Shown here: piece after piece, positions 56,494-64,000 of the stretch
Layout of the letters: each line of letters begins with the position of its first letter
Numbering within the stretch: position 1 is the first letter of the stretch
Source of the DNA: Macrostomum lignano
Taxonomy: Eukaryota
Direction: 5' to 3'
DNA length: 64,000 nucleotides
NCBI GenBank assembly: GCA_002269645.1
Contig: NIVC01001591.1
Span: 1 to 64,000 of the forward strand
Notes under the pieces: model-generated
Told to the model about the DNA's origin: nothing
The model's database searches: none
The model's input: only the letters and a program-made list of their open reading frames with translations
Translations under genes and position numbers: made by a program

Positions 56494-59400
56494 TTAAACC
56501 AATCCGTTGCCGTTGCTACGGTCAACTTGTTGCTTAGTAACCACCAGAGACGTAGCATTCCTAGCAACCATCCTAGCTTCGTCATCAACGTTGCCGTTGT
56601 CTCGATCAGCCTGATCCTCTGCATCAATGACGGCCTGATCGCGGAGTCGAATGCGCCTTGGCGGCCCGCTGACCACCAGGTCATCGTCCACTTCGCCTGA
56701 GCATTCGACATCCAATTGTTCTTCATCAATCTCAGCGCTGCCGGCTGCAGCATCCCCGTTGCAGCCGCTGACTGACAGAGATTGAGCCGCAGCCGCCGTT
56801 AACGTGGACATTGCCGAGTGCACCGCCGCCGCGGCCACTCCGGCACCCAGAGCGACGCCTCCAAGTACGTCGCTCCAATGGTGTTTATAGTCTGACACCC
56901 GACTGTAGCCGACACAGAGGCCAATAAGGATTAGGAACAGCTGGGCACCGAATCTGCAGGTGTTGTCATTGGAAACAATTAAAATATACTAATTTTAGTT
57001 ACTAAATACGCTGAAATGGCGCCAAAATGAGTGTCAGTTGGGGCGCCAAAATGAGTGTCAGTAGTTATCTACGGGCGCCAAAATGAGTGTCAGTAGTTAG
57101 TAGGGGCGCCAAAATGAGTGTCAGTAGTTAGTAGGGGCACCAAAATAAGTGTCAGTAGGGGCGCCAAAATGAGTGTCAGTAGTTAGTAGGGGAGCCAAAA
57201 TGAGTGTCAGTTGGGGCGCCAAAATGAGTGTCGTAGTTAGTAGGGGCGCCGAAATAAGTGTCAGTAGGGGCGCCAAAATGACTGTCAGTAGTTAGTCGAG
57301 GCGCCAAAATGAGTGTCGTAGTTAGTAGGGGCGCCGAAATAAGTGTCAGTAGGGGCGCCAAAATGACTGCCAGTAGTTAGTCGGGGCGCCAAAATAAGTG
57401 TCAGTAGTTAGTAGGGGCGTCAAAATGAGTGTCAGTAGTTAGTAGGGGCGCCAAAATAAGTGTCAGTTGGGGCGCCAAAATGAGTGTCAGTAGTTAGTAA
57501 GGGCGCCAAAATAAGTGTCAGTAGGGGAGCCAAAATGAGTGTCAGTAGGGGCGCCAAAATGAGTGTCAGTAGGGGCGCCAAAATGAGTGTCAGTAGTCAG
57601 TAGGGGCGCCAAAATGAGTGTCAGTAGTTAGTAGGGGAGCCAAAATGAGTGTCAGTAGGGGCGCCAAAATGAGTGTCAGTAGTTAGTAGGGGCGCCAAAA
57701 TAAGTGTCAGTTGGGGCGCCAAAATGAGTGTCAGTAGTTAGTAAGGGCGCCAAAATAAGTGTCAGTAGGGGCGCCAAAATGAGTGTCAGTAGTTAGTAGG
57801 GGCGCCAAAATGTGTGAGTAGTTAGTAGGGGCGCCAAAATGAGTGTCAGTAGGGGCGCCAAAATGAGTGTCAGTAGAGGCGCCAAAATGAGTGTCAGTAG
57901 AGGCGCAAAAATGAGTGTCAGATGGGGCGCCAAAATGAGTGTCAGTAGAGGCGCCAAAATGAGTGTCAGTTGGGGCGCCAAAATGAGTGTCAGTTGGGGC
58001 GCCAAAATCCGCGACACAAAGAACCGAACTTTTCTCTCTGAAAAGACACTATTCCAAATCTCAGCTCCTTTCATTTTGACTCATTAATATTACTCAAGTC
58101 AGCCTGTTTCATCCATAACTGAGATCGATTTCCTGGAGACTATGCGCAATCATGATGAACCGAACTGGTACACGTAGTAATGTTATAAAATGTATAATGT
58201 TGTTATACATCATTATAATGAAATTTACAAGCCAATCAATATTGCTGTTACATGTTAAACATAAAGCGATCGAATATGCCAATTTGTGTCGCAGGAAGGA
58301 TCGGATGAAAAGGGACAGGCAGACTAATAATTCAACATTATCAGGAATTATCAGGAATATTTTCTGTTCTATTCTCTCTGATATGATAATTTCACCAAGA
58401 GAATCTCACCCCTTTTCTCTGATAAACTCACCAAGAGAATCTCACCGGCTTATCTGATAATATTACCAAGAGAATCCCACCCGTTTCTCCTATAATCTCA
58501 CCCTTTTTCTCTGATAATCTCACCGGCTTATCTGATAATCTTACCAAGAGAATCTCACCCGTTTCTCCTATAATCTCACCCTTTTTCTCTGAGAATCTCA
58601 CCGGCTTATCTGATAATCGTACCAAGAGAATCCCACCCGTTTCTCCTATAATCTCACTCTTTTTCTCTGATAATCTCACCGGCTTATCTGATATTCTTAC
58701 CAAGAGAATCTCACCCGTTTCTCCTATAATCTCACCCCTTTTCTCTGATAATCTCACCGGCTTATCCGATATTCTTACCAAGAGAATCCCACCCGTTTCT
58801 CCTATAATCTCACCCCTTTTCTCTGATAATCTCACCGGCTTATCCGATATTCTTACCAAGAGAATCTCACCCCTTTTCTCTGATAAACTCACCAAGAGAA
58901 TCTCACCCGTTTCTATGATAGCCTCACCAAAAGAATCTCAATCCTTTTCTCTGATCTCACAAAGAGAATCTCGCCGTTTCTCCGATAATCTCACCAACAA
59001 AATTTCACTAGTTTTTCTGATAATCTCACTCGAGAGAGACTTATAGACCAATGATAATCTCAATCAGGAGAATCTTACACCTCTGATAATCTCACTCAGG
59101 AGAATCTTGAATTGTTATAATTCTCTCGGGCTCACCTGGCAGCGGGGCAGCCTCCGAGCTTCATGTGCAAATAGCCAGCCAAAAACACAACAACAAACAG
59201 ACTGTAGGACGTGTGGCCGCTAGGAAACGACATTTGAGCATCTTTAAACTCCCATTTCGACATAGTTGGCCGACAAATCGACACGGGATAAGAGACGCTG
59301 GAATTGCACAGATCGCCGAGAATGTCAGGATCTGGTTTGCAGGCCTCAAGGAAGTAGGGCCGGTGCCTGCCCAGAGCCAGTTTGGCACTGACTGTCAGCA

Positions 59401-59812
59401 GCTCAGTGGCGGAGCAGCCCAAGCAGAAATAGTACAGCCAAATCAGACAGTTCGACCAGCGATGGCGCCTCCGTTGATGCCGGTAATTCTGTGCAGAGGC
59501 GGTATTGTCGCCATTAATATTATTATTAATATCATTTGAATTGGGACCTCGCAGCACTTCGAACCAGAAGATTAGGATGGTTGCCAAGGCTACGCCTAAC
59601 GGTGCGCAGACGGCGTATGGTACGGTGCTGCCGGGCGGGATGGGATACCTCAGGCTCTGATCGGTGCAAAAAAAACGCCTAGGAAATGGTGCGACAAACA
59701 GGTGCAGAGAGCCGAATATTAAACAGATAGACAGTAGGAAACAGATTCGTGAGATTACAGTTAGCACTAATCTGTGCCTGCTGTTGGCGTTCCGATAGCA
59801 GCCAGGAGACAT
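56494..59812 (-). CDS. PAP2-family phospholipid phosphatase (PLPP/wunen-like), about 378 aa
   Basis: Exons 59812-59136 and 56953-56494 (phase 2). Intact catalytic motifs KLALGRHRP, SFPSGH, SRVSDYKHHWSDV; multiple transmembrane segments. Confidence 0.93.
57020..58008. repeat. 24/31-bp minisatellite with GGCGCCAAAATGAGTGTCAG core in the PAP2 intron
   Basis: Same family as 53865-54445. Confidence 0.95.
58390..59110. repeat. Hierarchical repeat: 78-bp higher-order unit built from ATCTCACC-core subunits
   Basis: 26-aa periodicity in ORF 58428-58895; degenerates toward the donor at 59135. Confidence 0.88.
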
Positions 59813-61175
59813 GTTTTATTTAATCGGTCGAGTTTTGCTAGTTTTCCTCATATAGGTTATACAATAAAAAAAATCTAACAGTTCACTCGGCCATAGACAA
59901 TTCAGCTGTCGCTCTTTACTTCTTATGTTATGGCATGAGCCTTGTATTTAGGAGAGAGTGGAAACGGAAGGCTAGAGTATTAAGAGAGAGCTTATATTAT
60001 TGTGCTGTGACTGTGACTCATTTCTAATGGAATAGGACTGCTGAGCGAGCGGACCTAACTGAAGGGGGTGGGGGTGCCACGCCTCAGTCACGCCTAAGCA
60101 TTGGGTTCACTGCCTGGCCCCATCCCCCACAAAACCCACCACCTCACACGCCCCTCACACACAAGCGAATCCAGCGCGGGTGAGAGTGGACAACCCCCGC
60201 CCACTAAAAATAACCCGTCAAAGAGGCGCACGAACACAACCCCAAGACCAACCCCCAGCCTTCCCTCCAATTAACAGCACCCGCCACCCCAATCGGTCCG
60301 TCCATTTCATTTTCATTTTAACTGGGTTTTTGCCACACGCCACACGCCACACGCCTCTCGTGTACTCCAGTCCACACTCCACAGTCCACTTGTGAAATGA
60401 AATGTTAATGTAATGGAAGGTGGAACGATCAGGAACCTTTTGTTCGTTCGTGCATTCGTTTACTTCCACCTCGCAGAGTAAGCTGAATAAACTTACCACT
60501 ATATAAGTATGCGCGAACTTGGTGCGCCCTGCGGACTTCAGTTTAGCAAAACCTAATTTCATTTTTTGTAATTAATAACAATTAAACTTTGCAACAAACA
60601 AGGCATAGGCAACTGGCACTCCGTTTTAATACAGTAGATCTTACTAATTTTAAGTTTGGAGTGGTCCACACTTTTTACTGCTCTTATCTTATCTGTACTG
60701 TTATCTATCCATTAAATAGTATATTTAATTTATGATCTTCACATACGCATGCATAATCATACCAGCATTAAACTAAATTGCAGTTAATTTCACAAACTGC
60801 TATTTGCCTTACAATATAGTAAGTAAATATTTTAATCTATTTGAGCGCAAAAAGGCTAGAAGTCAAAAGACAAAGACTCAGAGTCAAAACACAAAAATTA
60901 AATCGATAGATCGAATGTAAAGCTTGCACTTTTAAGCCATAAGGGCATAGTGCAGAACGGCGCTGGTTCGTGTTATGCCATTTCATAAACGGGCGCCATT
61001 TCATTCGAAAGAGGCACCATTTCATTTGAGAGGGGCGCCATTTCATTTTATGGAGGCGTCATTTATTTTCAGAGGCGCCATTTAATTTAAGAAATTATAA
61101 ATCTCTTTTCCCTGAGTCTGGCTCGCGAGTATGGGAAATTGTTTTTACCGATTTTAACTTCCGGAATGCTATACA

Positions 61176-61177
<2 letters not shown>

Positions 61178-61232
<55 letters not shown>
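61178..61232. repeat. (CT)n microsatellite
   Basis: About 27 perfect CT units. Confidence 0.95.
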
Positions 61233-61235
<3 letters not shown>

Positions 61236-61444
61236 ACATGACCGTGGCGACTAATGCTACATGTAATGTGTAAATTGTATACTAGTATAAAATGCAATAC
61301 CAAAATGTATTGGCCATTTTGTATTTCGTAGATATGTATTACATGCGAGTGTTGATGCAAATTCGATTTAAATAGATTTAAAAAATGATATAGATGTGAT
61401 TAAAGTAGTGATAGATCGAGGAACAGGATGTGACAGGAAGGACA

Positions 61445-61735
61445 TAGGAGGGTGATAGAAGGGTACAGTGTGTGATAGAAGGGTACAGTGTGTGATAGAC
61501 GGGTACAGTCTGTGATAGAAGGGTACAGTGTGTGATACAAGGGTACAGTGTGTGATAGAAGGCTACAGTGTGTGATAGAAGAGTACAATGTGTGATAGAA
61601 GGCTACAGTGTGTGATAGAAGAGTACAGTGTGTGATAGAAGGCTACAGTGTGTGATAGAAGAGTACAATGTGTGATAGAAGGCTACAGTGTGTGATAAAA
61701 GAGTACAATGTGTGATAGAAGGCTACAGTGTGTAC
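61445..61735. repeat. 20-bp minisatellite (GTGTGATAGAAGGGTACAGT)n
   Basis: About 14 copies. Confidence 0.92.
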
Positions 61736-62477
61736 AGTATAGATTGACAGATTAGAGTACAGTACAGTATGGAATAAAGAGTTTCACAGGAAGTGCCAGA
61801 GGACAGCATGCCAGAGCAAAAATATCATTTTATTCAACTTTATTAACCGAAAGAGACGTATTTGCGTATCTAAGACAACCGTTTTATCTATTACAGTAGG
61901 TGATTTGTGCGCATAATAAATTAATGTATATGGAATAAATAATATTTCTGTATGGTGGGTGTTAGTAGCTTTTTAGTGGCACAGCTATGTGAAACATAAT
62001 TACTAATTACTAGATCAACAATCAACCGAAACTTACTTAAAGAAGTTAGACTATGTGTTACCTGTTAGACAGAAGTGTCACCTTTTATGACTGTTTGACA
62101 AAGAGTGTCACTTGTTAGACAGTATAGTGTCACTTGTTAGACAAAGAATGTCACCTGTTTGCCAAATAGTGTCTAAGACAGGAGTATCACATGTTAGACA
62201 GGAGATAAGTGTCACTTGTCAGTAATAATAGGAATAAGTGTCATCCTATAAGGTCGACCTGAGAAGTTGCTGAACTACAGCAACAATTGGCCGTTCTGAG
62301 TACATATAATATAAATTTGCTAAACACTCTACTTACGAACTAAATAAGTAGAGTAACCAGAATGCTGAATTTAAACGCGCTGTTTGTTTCAAAAAATATA
62401 TATTGTATTGACTGTTTACGAGTAGTCAAGTCAGTGAGTTAGCGCATGAATTTCTTGTTTAACGTATTGTCTTCTAG

Positions 62478-63400
62478 GGGAAGAACTGCAACACGGCAGC
62501 AGGATGCACTCAACGTAACGACCGGGACTGCTATTGAAGCTGAGATGTTTAGCTTGGCGCCAGCACTCCGACACTCGAATTCCGCTGCCATAGACAACTG
62601 CAGGCTGGCGATGGGGTGCCAGGTAGATTGTCTCCGAGTAAGTTAAACAACCTTCTACTGATGGAGCCACGGAGGCTGCGTAATAATAGTCAGTTGACTC
62701 ATTTTCTTCTGTAGTAAGTTGATTGGCCCCGATGCAGAAGACAGTGGACGGAGTGTTGGCGCAGCCGCTTTGCAGTGTTGACTAAAAAGAGGATTTAAAC
62801 CACAGACAAAAATTGGTGAGAGTAATAACCGTGAGAGTCACAGAGAATCTACCGTGAGAGTCACAGAGAATCTACAGTGAGAGTCACAGAGAATCTACAG
62901 TGAGAGTCACAGAGAATCTACAGTGAGAGTCACAGAGAATCTACAGTGAGAGTCACAGAGAATCTACAGTGAGAGTCACAGAGAATCTACAGTGAGAGTC
63001 ACAGAGAATCTACAGTGAGAGTCACAGAGAATCTACAGTGAGAGTCACAGAGAATCTACCGTGAGAGTCACAGAGAATCTACCGTGAGAGTCACAGAGAA
63101 TCTACAGTGAGAGTCACAGAGAATCTACCGTGAGAGTCACAGAGAATCTACAGTGAGAGTCACAGAGAATCTACAGTGAGAGTCACAGAGAATCTACAGT
63201 GAGAGTCACAGAGAATCTACAGTGAGACTCACAGAGATTTTACTTGGGTTAGTCACGAGTTTAATAAATAATTTTATTGATTTATTTATTTTACAGGAAA
63301 GCAGTTTAAATTAGCCTTACCACTTGAGTCATGCTCAGATGAAGAATCTGTTTGGAGTGTGGAATCGCCAGTTGAACTTATCTCGGTGGCACAGGGGGGG
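62478..63400 (+). other. Putative exons of an unidentified gene
   Basis: Strong splice signals (TTCTAG at 62477, GTAAGT near 62639, GTGAGA near 62816, TTTTACAG near 63296), but no consistent or recognisable reading frame could be built. Confidence 0.25.
62828..63238. repeat. 23-bp minisatellite (GTGAGAGTCACAGAGAATCTACA)n
   Basis: About 18 copies starting just after a GTGAGA donor-like site. Confidence 0.95.
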
Positions 63401-63699
63401 GGGGGCGCTACTAGCAAGCCATTGACTTGGTATTTAAAAGGAACGGTTGCAAATATAAAGTCCCTGACAATTAAAATACTAGCATATAGCTAGCATATTA
63501 AAATACGAGCATATAGCTGAAACCAACACTCGAATAAGTGCTCATTTCCGGTCGAATTATTTTTTGAGTTTGGCCAGCTAAAAAAACTAAAATGTTTTTC
63601 GTTTTAGCTGTCAGGGTTATTTTGAAGGTCAGTCGCTGGTGTGTCTTTTGGATTTAACTCTCTGGCTGTGAGGGTAATTTTAGCGACATCATGTATATA

Positions 63700-63955
63700 T
63701 TGTTGAGATTTCAGTGTCTAACATGTTACAGTGAAAATCTAACAGATCTCCAGTGTCTAACATGTCTAACATGTTACAATGAAAGTTTAACAGATATCCA
63801 GTGTCTAACATGTCTAACATGTTACAATGAAAGTTTAACAGATATCCAGTGTCTAACATGTCTAACATGTTACAGTGAAAATCTAACAGATATCCAGTGT
63901 CTAACATGTCCAGCATGTTACAGTGAAAATCTAACAGATATCCAGTGTCTAACAG
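63700..63955. repeat. 48-bp minisatellite with TCTAACA subunits
   Basis: About 5 copies; 16-aa periodicity in ORF 63689-64000. Confidence 0.9.
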
Positions 63956-64000
63956 TTCAAAAAGAGACTTTTCTGTCGAAATTCTGTCCATCTGCGCCAA

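Noticed and set aside
34860-63955. CRISPR-like regular repeat arrays
   Set aside because: Units are head-to-tail with no unique spacers, there are no cas genes, and the context is eukaryotic.

Overview
Eukaryotic (animal) genomic DNA with spliceosomal GT-AG introns and very dense intronic minisatellites. The gene set (Tiki, DEG/ENaC, fibrinogen-domain protein, peptide GPCR) and repeat landscape suggest an invertebrate, possibly a free-living flatworm; that assignment is inference only. Host genes read by eye: a YMR196W/MGH1-like glycoside hydrolase (runs off the left edge), an intronless DEG/ENaC channel, SLX4, NSUN6, a secreted PAN-PAN-fibrinogen protein interrupted by a solo LTR, an unidentified small-exon gene, Tiki/TRABD2, a rhodopsin-type peptide GPCR and a PAP2 lipid phosphatase. 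The centrepiece is a young, structurally complete 8.64-kb Ty3/Gypsy LTR retrotransposon (24379-33019; ATTT target-site duplication, tRNA-His PBS, -1 frameshift signal). At the env position it carries a third ORF of about 558 aa: a degenerate J-domain fused to a complete TatD-like TIM barrel that has lost most metal ligands. Eight frameshifts across six ORFs are all repaired by adding one base, most at short mononucleotide runs, which points to long-read consensus errors rather than pseudogenes. No database searches were possible; family assignments come from motif recognition.
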